IMG/VR virus record: IMGVR_UViG_3300044974_001280
Coordinates: 124,001 to 188,000 of that record
Strand: one strand, 5' to 3'
DNA: 64,000 bases
The notes beneath the pieces are model-generated. The model ran no database searches. It was not told the origin of the DNA and was given only the letters and a program-made list of their open reading frames with translations. Both the position numbers and the translations under genes were made by a program. How positions within the stretch are numbered: the first letter of the stretch is position 1; each line of letters begins with the position of its first letter. Shown here one piece after another: positions 38,987 through 48,343 of this stretch.

Positions 38987-39481
38987 TTATTTCCTAGTTT
39001 TTTTAATAAAATCTTTGAAACTTAGGATTGGGGTTCTTTCATCCGATGAAGATTCTTCGTCCTCTTCATCTTCTTCGTCCTCTTCTTCGTCCTCTTCTTC
39101 GGAATCTTCATCTCCGAGAAAAGGTTCAGTTAGCATTTCCTCTTCTTCGTAATCTGTTTCATCTTCATCATCATCTTCATCATCTTCATCATCTTCATCA
39201 TCATCCTCGTCATCGACTTCGCTATATTCTATACTCTGGACCTCTTCTTCTTCGTCGCTCTCCTCTTCGTCCTCTTCCCCTTTGTCTTCTTCTCTTTCAT
39301 CCGGATCCTCTTCCTCATCTGATGAAATTTGGAAATCGATTGTACCCAGATCTTCTGGTTCTTCAGAAGGATCTTCTATTTCTTCGGGAGAAATTTCCAC
39401 TTCAGCTTCTTCTATTTCAAATTCCGAAGTTGAATCCTGAAGGTAAAAATCTTTGTCTTTTTCTGCTAAAGAAGTTTGCAT
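38987..39481 (-). CDS. Highly acidic Asp/Glu-rich protein
   Basis: Long D/E tracts encoded by GA(T/A)-type triplet repeats; C-terminal ILSFKDFIKK. Confidence 0.7.
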   Translation of the reverse strand: MQTSLAEKDKDFYLQDSTSEFEIEEAEVEISPEEIEDPSEEPEDLGTIDFQISSDEEEDPDEREEDKGEEDEEESDEEEEVQSIEYSEVDDEDDDEDDEDDEDDDEDETDYEEEEMLTEPFLGDEDSEEEDEEEDEEDEEDEESSSDERTPILSFKDFIKKTRK

Positions 39482-39500
39482 AGTTTTTGGTTTTTAATTC

Positions 39501-39512
39501 AGATATATATCT
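39501..39512. promoter_or_regulatory. Palindromic bidirectional GATATATA promoter
   Basis: AGATATATATCT perfect palindrome between divergent genes. Confidence 0.65.
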
Positions 39513-39516
39513 CACT

Positions 39517-39843
39517 ATGTATAAGAAAAAAATTCTAGAATTCGACGATTTTGTTTCAAATCTGTCTCTCAGTGAAGTCCAACAGGAAGAAATCAAAGAT
39601 TTCGTTAAAAAATACGAAAAATACATGAATTTTCATGACACGGGAGATTTTGAATCTTCTTTAGATGAATTAGTTAAAGATGTGATGACCCACTTTAACT
39701 TTCCCTCTTCTAAAAAAGAAGACGTTCAGAATTTCATTCAGAGTCTTCAAACTCTGTCTGATGGTATGTCAGTTATTATGTCCCCGGGTCCTGAAATTAT
39801 CTACCGGACCAATCCCGATATGACCCAAACAATTGTTTACTAA
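39517..39843 (+). CDS. Hypothetical protein with capsid-targeting-like N-terminus
   Basis: MYKKKILEFDDFV...LSE. Confidence 0.65.
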   Translation: MYKKKILEFDDFVSNLSLSEVQQEEIKDFVKKYEKYMNFHDTGDFESSLDELVKDVMTHFNFPSSKKEDVQNFIQSLQTLSDGMSVIMSPGPEIIYRTNPDMTQTIVY

Positions 39844-39853
39844 AATAAATTAT

Positions 39854-40150
39854 ATGAACTTATCAACTATTACTTCCGAAGATTTTACTGAATTAACCCT
39901 GCTCGATTTTTGGGCTGAATGGTGCGGCCCTTGTAGAATGCTCCATCCTATTCTGGACCAAATCAAGACCAAAAATCCAGACCTAGTCATCCACAAAATC
40001 AACGTAGACGAGAACAGAGAAACTGCCATTGAATTTGGGGTTAGATCTCTCCCGACCGTACTGCTCATCAAAGACGGTCAAGAAGTAGAAAGAGCTACGG
40101 GCTTAAAAAACCTCGACCTCTATCAAAAATTAATTGACACTCATTCTTAA
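39854..40150 (+). CDS. trxA: Thioredoxin
   Basis: DFWAEWCGPC, VRSLPT. Confidence 0.95.
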   Translation: MNLSTITSEDFTELTLLDFWAEWCGPCRMLHPILDQIKTKNPDLVIHKINVDENRETAIEFGVRSLPTVLLIKDGQEVERATGLKNLDLYQKLIDTHS

Positions 40151-40163
40151 AAAAAAAGACTTT

Positions 40164-40694
40164 ATGAAAAATATTATCTCTTACGACAATTTTACTCCAG
40201 AATCTTCTGATCCTTTACAGGAGGGATGGAAAGATGCCGGCTATGGCTACAAAAGGTACCAACCCCCAGGCATGTTACAAACCATGAAAAGAAAAACAAA
40301 AAGCCTGTTTGGTATTGAATCAAGCAAGGATCGGGAAAGATTAGGACAAATTTACAAAGAAATTGAAAATCCTCCCTATCAAGGTTATATCTCCAACGTC
40401 AGAGACATCAGTGGAGAATATCCGGCTTTAATTTGCCATCTGGGACCTAGAAATCTGTCTGTTATGTGCGATCCACAAGACCCTTCCATCAGATGGGGAG
40501 GAAGTGAATTGGATTTGGCGGATATCGATGATGAATGCCAAAGACTTTATCGTTTCATCAAAAAGCACATGGACCTGACTGAAAATACACATTCTCCAAC
40601 GGACAACACCATCAAAGATCCTAAAAACATGTACTCTTCCTACCCAGGTGTAGGTGGGGTGAGTAACCGAACAGTCAACCGTTCTCTGATTTAA
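40164..40694 (+). CDS. Hypothetical protein with capsid-targeting-like N-terminus
   Basis: MKNIISYDNF...LQEG. Confidence 0.6.
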   Translation: MKNIISYDNFTPESSDPLQEGWKDAGYGYKRYQPPGMLQTMKRKTKSLFGIESSKDRERLGQIYKEIENPPYQGYISNVRDISGEYPALICHLGPRNLSVMCDPQDPSIRWGGSELDLADIDDECQRLYRFIKKHMDLTENTHSPTDNTIKDPKNMYSSYPGVGGVSNRTVNRSLI

Positions 40695-40701
40695 AGGGAT
40701 A

Positions 40702-41028
40702 TTAAGAGTGAATAGGAGGTTCTTCGAAATCATCAGCGTTTCGAGAAACCTCCTTTTTTTCTTTCTGGATTTCGGTCATGATGTACCCGGCAATCGCAAA
40801 TTCGATCCCCGCCCAGATGGCAACATCAGAGGCAGACAATTCAGAGTGTTTTTCTAACATCCAGAAGATCATGCCCCATTGCCCAATAACAAAAGCCAAA
40901 CTAGATTCTATTCTTTTCTTTGAAAAAAAAGATTTCTTGGGACTGTACATGTAAACTAGCTCTCGGCAGAGCCAAAACATTTTGACCCTAATTGTGCCGA
41001 AAAATTTCTGTAGATCTTTCATTCCCAT
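40702..41028 (-). CDS. Small two-helix membrane protein
   Basis: Two hydrophobic segments and charged C-tail; holin-like topology possible. Confidence 0.5.
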   Translation of the reverse strand: MGMKDLQKFFGTIRVKMFWLCRELVYMYSPKKSFFSKKRIESSLAFVIGQWGMIFWMLEKHSELSASDVAIWAGIEFAIAGYIMTEIQKEKKEVSRNADDFEEPPIHS

Positions 41029-41297
41029 TCAACATAATAACCCCCGCCAAATGATGTTCCGTGTTCCATCTGTCTGCCTCTGTTTTCTGTCCAATCCAAC
41101 CAATCTAGTCTATCTGCTGAATTGGCAAGTTCCAATAGACAATTAGCTAATTCCTGACCTTTTTCATCCCCCATAATTTTTTTCAATTTGTTTTTTATCT
41201 CGGGTAACTGCAAGATTTTTTTGGTGTTCTTTGCTTCTCCCTGGCCAATCAAATTCAGCATCTTCCTTTTCTCTGTTTCTGACATGAATTTATCCAT
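41019..41297 (-). CDS. Hypothetical protein
   Basis: 92-aa ORF in the clp operon. Confidence 0.5.
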   Translation of the reverse strand: MDKFMSETEKRKMLNLIGQGEAKNTKKILQLPEIKNKLKKIMGDEKGQELANCLLELANSADRLDWLDWTENRGRQMEHGTSFGGGYYVEWE

Positions 41298-41305
41298 AGT
41301 AAAAT

Positions 41306-42322
41306 TTATTTTATGTAATCAGAGATTTCCATCATTTTATCAAAATCTCCCTCCTCGTCGGCCTTTCTGTATTCCCTTTTTAGTTCTTCTTGGGACATAC
41401 TAGCGTAATCTTTGGTGATCTGTGATTCTGAACCACTTGGGGATTTGGCAGCTTGTCTGGCTTTCCATGCTGCTAATTTCCTTTCATACTCAGCCTTATC
41501 GGCTCTATCCTGCTCCAGCCAGGCATCTCTGGCTTCCACCCTCTCAATGACTACATCAATCAATTCATCGATTTTTTTTCTGGCTTCTGGAGTTTTTCTA
41601 AAAATTCCTGTCATCAGAGGTAAAAATTCAGCCGTGGGTAAATTCTCTGGATCCACCATATATTTCCAAAGTTCCTCTCTCAAATTAGAATATTTGATGA
41701 CCTTGGGATTCTCAAAGATAAATTTTCTTAGATCTTCGGCCATTTGAGGACCATATCTCCATTCGTCCGGTTCGTCTATCAATCCGAATTGATCTTCAAT
41801 AGCCTTGGCTAGTTCAGGGTCATCTGGTACTGCAGACATTGACATAACCCTCCAAATTCCTTTGACTGCCTCATGAATCAGCATGCTGAAATCCGCTCCT
41901 AAAGCTTTAATTACTGGTTTAGAATCCGGTCGAGGTCTGTTTTTTTGTCTTGTTTTTCTAAAGCTGTCATCCAACATCCTCCTTATTTCTGGTCCCTGTA
42001 CTAGTTTAATTTCAAGCTTTATGTCGTAGTAATCAATGAGGGGCTTGTATAGATCTGTAATTATTTCTCTTGCTAGATCTTCTAGCTCCTTTTCATACCC
42101 TCTAGAAAGTTGCTGGGATCTCGAAAAATTTCCCATCAACTGGCTAACGGCTTGGCTGATTCCTTGCGGGGATCCCTCGGGAGTTTTCCCGATGCCGAGT
42201 TTTTCTTTAGCTCTTCTCGTGACATCCTCTAGGTAGTCGGGGGGAATACTCACCATGTCTTTAACCCTAATAGCCTCATTAAAGGATGCAAAATTCTTTG
42301 TGAAATTGGCTTTTAGTGACAT
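41306..42322 (-). CDS. Hypothetical protein with HExxK motif and C-terminal UVR-like helix pair
   Basis: LIHEAVKG; C-terminal LKREYRKADEEGDFDKMMEI; N-terminus NFASFNE. Confidence 0.6.
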   Translation of the reverse strand: MSLKANFTKNFASFNEAIRVKDMVSIPPDYLEDVTRRAKEKLGIGKTPEGSPQGISQAVSQLMGNFSRSQQLSRGYEKELEDLAREIITDLYKPLIDYYDIKLEIKLVQGPEIRRMLDDSFRKTRQKNRPRPDSKPVIKALGADFSMLIHEAVKGIWRVMSMSAVPDDPELAKAIEDQFGLIDEPDEWRYGPQMAEDLRKFIFENPKVIKYSNLREELWKYMVDPENLPTAEFLPLMTGIFRKTPEARKKIDELIDVVIERVEARDAWLEQDRADKAEYERKLAAWKARQAAKSPSGSESQITKDYASMSQEELKREYRKADEEGDFDKMMEISDYIK

Positions 42323-42326
42323 ATTC

Positions 42327-44792
42327 TTAGTAAAATGGTTTTCTTTTTTTGAGTTCTGATATGTACCTTTTGATCACATCCATCTCTGAAGCTTTTTTCT
42401 TTATTGCTTGGGGTCCAGGAGCATGAGAAGGAACTTTAATTCGTGGTGCAATTGACGGATGAGGAGTTATTCTTCGGACCGGTTCTGCATCTGGATCAAA
42501 ATCCTCATCCTCATCTTCATCCTCACTGGGTGTAGGTTTAGGAGTAGGCTTAGGCTGTGGTTTAGGCGTAGGTTTAGGCAGTGGTTTAGGCAGTGGTTTA
42601 GGCAAAGGAGCTGGTTTTCCCTTTTCCTCTTCTTTCTCCCTTTCTGTTTCCGCCTCGTCTAATCTATCGCTAAATTCTGAAAAACTATTGATTCTTCTAG
42701 GACTTGTAGATTCGAACAAAGAAAAACTTTTGTGGATTTTTCTGAGTCTAGATTCAGATAACTCTGAAATTTTCTTTCCGTTAATGACTAACTCATCTGC
42801 CAAGGAATCGTAATCAATTTTGAGGTTGGATCCTTCCTCAATCTCTTCCTCGATTATAAAATTGGCTAGAGGGTCCTTGATATATTTCTCCACTGCTCTT
42901 CTAAGGGGTCTAGCCCCATATTCAGGGTCAAATCCGTGTTTAAGTAACAACTTGTAAACCGAAGTTCCCCAAGTCAGATTAATGTCTTGGGTATTTTTAA
43001 TCCTATCTGCCACCTTCTCGAGCTCTTTTTCTGCAATCTTTTTTATTGATTCTTGGTCTATTGACTGAAAAATAACAATATCATCTATTCTATTAATAAA
43101 TTCGGGCGAAAACTCTTTTTTGATCGCTGCATCGACTCTTGCTTTGATTTCCTCAGGTGATTCTGCTCCAGTCTGTTTTGTTTCATCTTCTGGTTCATCT
43201 TTAACCAAAAAACCAATCGCTTTTCTGGGTTCCTTTGATTTAACCTTTTTAGATCCTGTTTTTGATCCCACATTAGAAGTCATGATAATAACACAGTTTG
43301 TAAAGTCAACCGTTCTCCCTTGCCCGTCCGTCATCCTTCCATCTTCTAGCACCCCTAGCAGGGATTGTATAACTTGAGGGTTTGCTTTTTCGATCTCATC
43401 TAGCAAAATTACCGAATAAGGGTTTCTTCTGACTTGCTCTGTTAGTTTGCCTCCTTCCGAATAACCTACATAACCGGGAGGTGATCCAAACAATTTAGAT
43501 CCTGTATGAGCCTCCGAATATTCATTCATATCAATCCTAATCAATTTAGATTCCCTAGATCCAAAAAGCTCCTCAGCCAATTTTTTCACCAAATAGGTTT
43601 TACCTGTCCCAGTAGGGCCCACGAATAAAAATACCCCTTCAGGTCTATTAGGGTCTTTAAGACCCGACCTGTTTCTTTTAATTGTTCTAACAACGGTCTC
43701 TACCGCCTCGTCTTGACCGATAACTTTTGATTTCAGTCTGCTTGACATTCCTTTTAGGATTGCCTTACTGCCCTTTTTCATCGTTTCAACAGGAATCCCT
43801 GTTTTATCTGCCACTAGTTTTTCCACCATTTCTTTAGTGACGGTAATTTTAGGTCCCATTTGACCTTTCGCAGCCATTTTTTCAAGCCGACTCTCTATCT
43901 TTTCTTTTTCATCTGATAGATCTGCAGCAGCATCATAGTCACCTTCTGCCGTCTTTTGCCTGATCCGGTCTAGGAGTTCTAAATTTTTCTTTTCTAGATT
44001 CGCAACCTCCGCATCCGGGGCATTTTTAATGCGAATTCGTGCACCGGATTCGTCCATCAAGTCGATAGCTTTATCTGGCAAAAATCGGTCTTTAATATAC
44101 TGCTTAGATAGTTTATAAAAGGATTCTAAGGCTTCTGGTGAATAATTAACATGATGCCAATCCCCATATTTTTCTTGGATTTCTCTAAGTATTTCCATGC
44201 ATTCCTCGTAGGTAGGCTCTTCAACTTTGATCGGTTGAAATCTTCTTTCCATGGCTCCGTCTTTCTCAATAGTTTGACCATATTCACTATAAGTGGAACC
44301 ACCGATCATATGAAGTTTGGCTTTAGCCAAAAAGGGTTTGAGTTCATCGTAACTTGCTTTAGGTAGAGAATGGAGTTCGTCCACAAAAATAATCAAGTTA
44401 TCTTCCTCAATTTCACGGGCCAAAAGGGGTAAATAACCTCCATTAACTATTTTTTTAAATGCCCAGGTCAAATCTATTAACTTTTTCCCCTTTAAAAAAC
44501 CGGGACATTTATCGCTTGCCATTAAAAGAGCAAGCTTATCCACAATAGCGGTTTTTCCAACGCCCGGCTCTCCAACCAAAACTGGATTATCCTTGGTTTT
44601 CCTGGCCAGAATGCGAAGCAACTGTTCCAATTCCTTATCCCTTCCAATTACTTCATTTATCTCTCCCTCCTTCGCTGCTTTGGTCATATCCTCACCGTAT
44701 GCTTGCCAAAGCTTTTCATCATCTGGGACTTTTAGTTCTTCCTCAGATTCGAATAATCTTAATTTTTTGTAATTCTTGGATATTCTTTTCAT
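42327..44792 (-). CDS. ClpC/ClpA-like Hsp100 AAA+ ATPase lacking the Clp N-domain
   Basis: GEPGVGKT/FVDE, RFLPDKAID, UVR-like M domain, GPTGTGKT, PPGYVGY, LLDEIEKA, IGF loop, GARPLRR. Confidence 0.9.
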   Translation of the reverse strand: MKRISKNYKKLRLFESEEELKVPDDEKLWQAYGEDMTKAAKEGEINEVIGRDKELEQLLRILARKTKDNPVLVGEPGVGKTAIVDKLALLMASDKCPGFLKGKKLIDLTWAFKKIVNGGYLPLLAREIEEDNLIIFVDELHSLPKASYDELKPFLAKAKLHMIGGSTYSEYGQTIEKDGAMERRFQPIKVEEPTYEECMEILREIQEKYGDWHHVNYSPEALESFYKLSKQYIKDRFLPDKAIDLMDESGARIRIKNAPDAEVANLEKKNLELLDRIRQKTAEGDYDAAADLSDEKEKIESRLEKMAAKGQMGPKITVTKEMVEKLVADKTGIPVETMKKGSKAILKGMSSRLKSKVIGQDEAVETVVRTIKRNRSGLKDPNRPEGVFLFVGPTGTGKTYLVKKLAEELFGSRESKLIRIDMNEYSEAHTGSKLFGSPPGYVGYSEGGKLTEQVRRNPYSVILLDEIEKANPQVIQSLLGVLEDGRMTDGQGRTVDFTNCVIIMTSNVGSKTGSKKVKSKEPRKAIGFLVKDEPEDETKQTGAESPEEIKARVDAAIKKEFSPEFINRIDDIVIFQSIDQESIKKIAEKELEKVADRIKNTQDINLTWGTSVYKLLLKHGFDPEYGARPLRRAVEKYIKDPLANFIIEEEIEEGSNLKIDYDSLADELVINGKKISELSESRLRKIHKSFSLFESTSPRRINSFSEFSDRLDEAETEREKEEEKGKPAPLPKPLPKPLPKPTPKPQPKPTPKPTPSEDEDEDEDFDPDAEPVRRITPHPSIAPRIKVPSHAPGPQAIKKKASEMDVIKRYISELKKRKPFY
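42529..42610 (-). repeat. 12-bp tandem repeats encoding a PKP(L/T/Q) linker
   Basis: ggtttaggcagt-type units. Confidence 0.8.
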
Positions 44793-44896
44793 AAATTTTT
44801 TTTACATTTGCACTATATATTCATTCTCGTAAACGGTTCCGTTCCATCTCAGAGAAAAATTCGGGGTTTTTTAGAATGATGAAATATATAAAAAAT

Positions 44897-45336
44897 GGGG
44901 CTGAAAGGAATCGACTGGAGGCATAAGTTCTTTGACATGATGCAGGCGGTGCTAGCTTTGGAAGCACCTAAATATCCTAAGTACTTCTTAAATGGCGAAA
45001 ATCCATTTTTTGCTTTGGCTGGACTAGGTTCAGCGGAGCCGGTTGAAGTTGCCTTGGCAGCCTAAACCTCGGGGGGTGACACCCAGGAACAGAAAGTCAC
45101 GAGGGTGGGAAAAAGGGTTAACAGTACCACACAATCCGTCGATCCTCAGTAACCCTGCGGGCTCCGGTCCAATACCCTTCAGATCGCTGTAGGGATCGAT
45201 GATGTGGATTATCTCCTATCACAGTCAAAAACTAGGAGGTAAAGATTTGTCTGTTTAGAAAAATGGACTAAGCCTGTGAACGAGTTTCATGGAATTACCT
45301 AGCAGGACGGCGGTTCGAATCCGCCCAGCTCCACCA
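44897..45336 (+). ncRNA. ssrA: tmRNA
   Basis: 5' GGGGCTGA...TCGAC pairs with 3' CAGCTCC-ACCA (G3:U alanine determinant), T-arm GGCGG-TTCGAAT-CCGCC, internal tag frame 44994-45065 GENPFFALAGLGSAEPVEVALAA*. Confidence 0.95.
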
Positions 45337-45366
45337 AAAGTTTGTCGTAAGACAAACTTTTTTTTT
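45337..45366 (+). terminator. Rho-independent terminator of tmRNA
   Basis: AAAGTTTGTC-GTAA-GACAAACTTT followed by T run. Confidence 0.85.
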
Positions 45367-45399
45367 GAAACTTTTGTGTAATTTCTTATAGAAATTCGA

Positions 45400-45846
45400 A
45401 AGGCGTAGTTCTGCTTCAAAAAAAATTAAAAATTATGGCAATACTTTATTTTCTTTTAGGTGCGCTTACCGTGGTGGTCTTGGTCACCGTGGCGGGTGTG
45501 TTTAAGATGAATTCGGATTTAGACCGAAAAATCAGAACCAAAATCTCCGACCACATCGAATCGGTCATGAAAGAGATTGAAATTACAAGGAACAATTTAC
45601 ACTCCGATGATTCTTACATCCACAATCGGATCGATGAAGTTCTCGACGAAATCAATAAACGAGAAGAAGTCGGAATCAGATCGGGAAGAGAACAATTTGA
45701 ATCTCTACAAAAGCAGTTGGATTCCAGATGCGATAAGCTCTGGGCTCAGGTGAATGCAAATTACGAGTTGAGCCAAATGAGGTTCAACGATATTTCAAAC
45801 AAAAAAAATTCCCAGACAGAGGGATAAAATCGCAGAACTACGCCTT
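45400..45846. repeat. Perfect 15-bp inverted repeat bracketing one gene
   Basis: AAGGCGTAGTTCTGC (45400-45414) and GCAGAACTACGCCTT (45832-45846). Confidence 0.85.
45435..45827 (+). CDS. Membrane-anchored coiled-coil protein
   Basis: N-terminal TM MAILYFLLGALTVVVLVTVAGVF then heptad-rich region. Confidence 0.7.
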   Translation: MAILYFLLGALTVVVLVTVAGVFKMNSDLDRKIRTKISDHIESVMKEIEITRNNLHSDDSYIHNRIDEVLDEINKREEVGIRSGREQFESLQKQLDSRCDKLWAQVNANYELSQMRFNDISNKKNSQTEG

Positions 45847-45858
45847 GAATTATTTATT

Positions 45859-46839
45859 ATGAATTATCCATTTAAAAAAATTTTCATTATAAATTGTTTT
45901 CCTTCTAGTGACTACCATTTACAAATTCTGAAAGAATGTATTGTCAGACTCAAGGGGCTTGACTACAAACTGATGGTTGTTTCACATTTACCTCTGCCCC
46001 TTGATGTGCAGAAGGAAATAGACTATTTTATTTATGATTCAGAAAATCCACTCTTAGGATCCCATTCATTCAGTTGGTTTGCTAATTCTTTTATTAAGGC
46101 AACTCTGTGGAACATAGGTCACATGCTTGCTATCTGTAAAAATATGGACACTAGTATTTCTGCCGCCCACCGAATGGGCTATGAGTATTTCTATTTTTTG
46201 GAATGTGACAATTTAATTTCTGAAAAAGATCTTTCTACTTTTGATAATTTTCTGCAAGAAATGATTCATGCCGAAAAAAAAATGATCTTTCATAGATACC
46301 AATTTAACGAGGGTTACAATTATCACACTCTCTTGTTTGGAGGAAATGCTGAATATTTTGTGCAGAAAATCAAATTACCCACAAATTATGATGCCTATCA
46401 TGCCTTTAATATCACTGGTATTCTCGAAAGAGATTTTTATGAGCATTTGGGTGTAAATGAATCTGATTTTTTGATTAAGGAATGTTACGAAGATGGTGCT
46501 ATGGAAGGATTTAGAACTAGCGAGATGAATAGAATTTCCGCTATTGGGATAGTGTGTGAAGTCCTCCCATCTCAAACTGGCTACTATCTTTTTTTAATGA
46601 ACAACACCTCAAGAGAAATAATATATTACGTCGGAGAGAATCAAATTGTTCTTACACTTGGGGGTTATTGGTACTGCCCAGCCTCTGAAAAAATGGAAGT
46701 TCGAATCGTGGATGGCAAATATTCCTTAGAAAAAAGATTCGAATTGACCGAAGAGAACGAAAAGTTTTACAGTGCCAAAGGATTTTTAGAACTGTATGAG
46801 TTTGCAGATTTAAACGGCGGATATGGTTCTATCTATTAA
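45859..46839 (+). CDS. Putative glycosyltransferase-like protein
   Basis: VSHLP...YFIYD..N N-terminus shared with 51922 and 56052; ECD motif. Confidence 0.4.
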   Translation: MNYPFKKIFIINCFPSSDYHLQILKECIVRLKGLDYKLMVVSHLPLPLDVQKEIDYFIYDSENPLLGSHSFSWFANSFIKATLWNIGHMLAICKNMDTSISAAHRMGYEYFYFLECDNLISEKDLSTFDNFLQEMIHAEKKMIFHRYQFNEGYNYHTLLFGGNAEYFVQKIKLPTNYDAYHAFNITGILERDFYEHLGVNESDFLIKECYEDGAMEGFRTSEMNRISAIGIVCEVLPSQTGYYLFLMNNTSREIIYYVGENQIVLTLGGYWYCPASEKMEVRIVDGKYSLEKRFELTEENEKFYSAKGFLELYEFADLNGGYGSIY

Positions 46840-46853
46840 TTTAATATCTCTTC

Positions 46854-47060
46854 TTACAGGCCATTCAATCTGGAGATCTCCTGTTTTAGCTGCGAAACCA
46901 CCAAAGTGTGATGCTCTTCTAATTTTTCCAGCTCTTTATTTAGATCTTCTACATGAGCTTTTAACCGACCGAGAATTTCACTCTTTTTCTCAGGGTCTTG
47001 GTTCAGCTCCAGATCTAGAATTAAATTCTTGATCCGATTGGTCCACTTGTTAACTTCCAT
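46854..47060 (-). CDS. Small coiled-coil protein
   Basis: 68-aa ORF with A-rich upstream region. Confidence 0.5.
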   Translation of the reverse strand: MEVNKWTNRIKNLILDLELNQDPEKKSEILGRLKAHVEDLNKELEKLEEHHTLVVSQLKQEISRLNGL

Positions 47061-47148
47061 TGTTTTTTTTTACAAATTTAAGAAATAATTCGAAATCATT
47101 TCTTTCTTTTTCATAAAAGGTCCATATTTAATTTGACTGACAAATCTC

Positions 47149-47535
47149 TTGGAACCACCTATTATATATCATGTACCCTCCTGCGATGAGTGCAACATCC
47201 CTAAAGGATGGGGTCATGAGGTTGTCTTCGAAAATAACGAACTGTATTGTGGAAAACTTCTATGTTTTAAGGGAGGAGCCAAATTTTCAATGCACTATCA
47301 TTTGATCAAAGATGAAACTTGGTACGTAAAGGAAGGCACTTTTATTTATCGGTATATAGACACCCGCAACGCAGAAGTGGTTGAAAAAAATTTAATAGAA
47401 GGTGATTCGGTCAGACAAATGCCCGGCCAACCACATCAACTGGAAGCAATAACGGATGGGATAATCTTCGAGGTTTCCACCCAACACTTTGACGAGGATT
47501 CTTATCGTGTTTGGAAAGGTGATTCACAAAAATAG
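47149..47535 (+). CDS. Cupin, sugar-isomerase-like
   Basis: KGWGHE...YCGKLL...SMHYH..KDETWY...PGQPH...EVST. Confidence 0.75.
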   Translation: MEPPIIYHVPSCDECNIPKGWGHEVVFENNELYCGKLLCFKGGAKFSMHYHLIKDETWYVKEGTFIYRYIDTRNAEVVEKNLIEGDSVRQMPGQPHQLEAITDGIIFEVSTQHFDEDSYRVWKGDSQK

Positions 47536-47552
47536 AAATTGAGTAGAGAAAA

Positions 47553-48338
47553 ATGAGCTCCGTTACCGTCATAATTCCAAATTACAACTTCTCTGAATTT
47601 CTTGATACGACTCTTTTTTCCGTTTTTTCGCAGATCACCAATTTCGACGTGCAAGTATTAGTGGGGGATGATTCTTCTCAAGATCAGAGCGCTGGTATTT
47701 TAACACGGTTCAAAAAATTTTACGGGCAGGACAAATTCGACTTTTTTATCAACACAGAAAATAAGGGAGAAGTAGAAACAGTTAAAAGATTACTTTCTAA
47801 AGCTAAAGGAAATTATATAGCCTATCTTGATGGTGATGACTATTGGATAGATCCTTATAAATTACAGAAACAATTTGATTTTCTTGAGAGTAATCCAGAA
47901 TTTTCCGCGTCTTCTACCGGTTATTTAACTTTAGAAGGAGAGTATGGATTTTGTCCACATCCAGAAGGAGATTTATTTTTTGGAGTTCCCGAAGAATTTA
48001 TGGATAAAAATTTCACCTCCCCTGAATTTATTTCTACCGGCAGGAACTGTGTATATGCATCCTCCCGTTTTTTTAGAAATTATGAGGATCTTTTTCAGCC
48101 TTACTTTTTCGAATTTCCGTATTCAGATTGGCCCATGAATTATGAATTAAGCTTAAGGGGTAAGATTAACTACGATCATTACCCTAGCTACATTTATAGG
48201 AAACATTCGAATTCTTTAACTCATCCTAAAGAAATAGAAAAAGTGGATGAAACAAGTGAAAAAGAATGGCTTGATCAAAAGTCCCTGATTTTTACCAGGA
48301 GAAAAGAAGAATTTCAGAAAAATCAGAATAAACAATAG
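47553..48338 (+). CDS. GT2-family glycosyltransferase
   Basis: VIIPNYN, GDDSSQD, YLDGDDYW...KLQKQ. Confidence 0.9.
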   Translation: MSSVTVIIPNYNFSEFLDTTLFSVFSQITNFDVQVLVGDDSSQDQSAGILTRFKKFYGQDKFDFFINTENKGEVETVKRLLSKAKGNYIAYLDGDDYWIDPYKLQKQFDFLESNPEFSASSTGYLTLEGEYGFCPHPEGDLFFGVPEEFMDKNFTSPEFISTGRNCVYASSRFFRNYEDLFQPYFFEFPYSDWPMNYELSLRGKINYDHYPSYIYRKHSNSLTHPKEIEKVDETSEKEWLDQKSLIFTRRKEEFQKNQNKQ

Positions 48339-48343
48339 AATCA

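Noticed and set aside
39028-39483. Plus-strand His/Leu/Pro-rich ORF
   Set aside because: Antisense shadow of the Asp/Glu triplet repeats of the acidic protein.
45300-45336. Stand-alone tRNA
   Set aside because: T-arm and acceptor pair with 44897-44903 about 430 nt upstream and there is no anticodon arm; it is the tmRNA 3' end.
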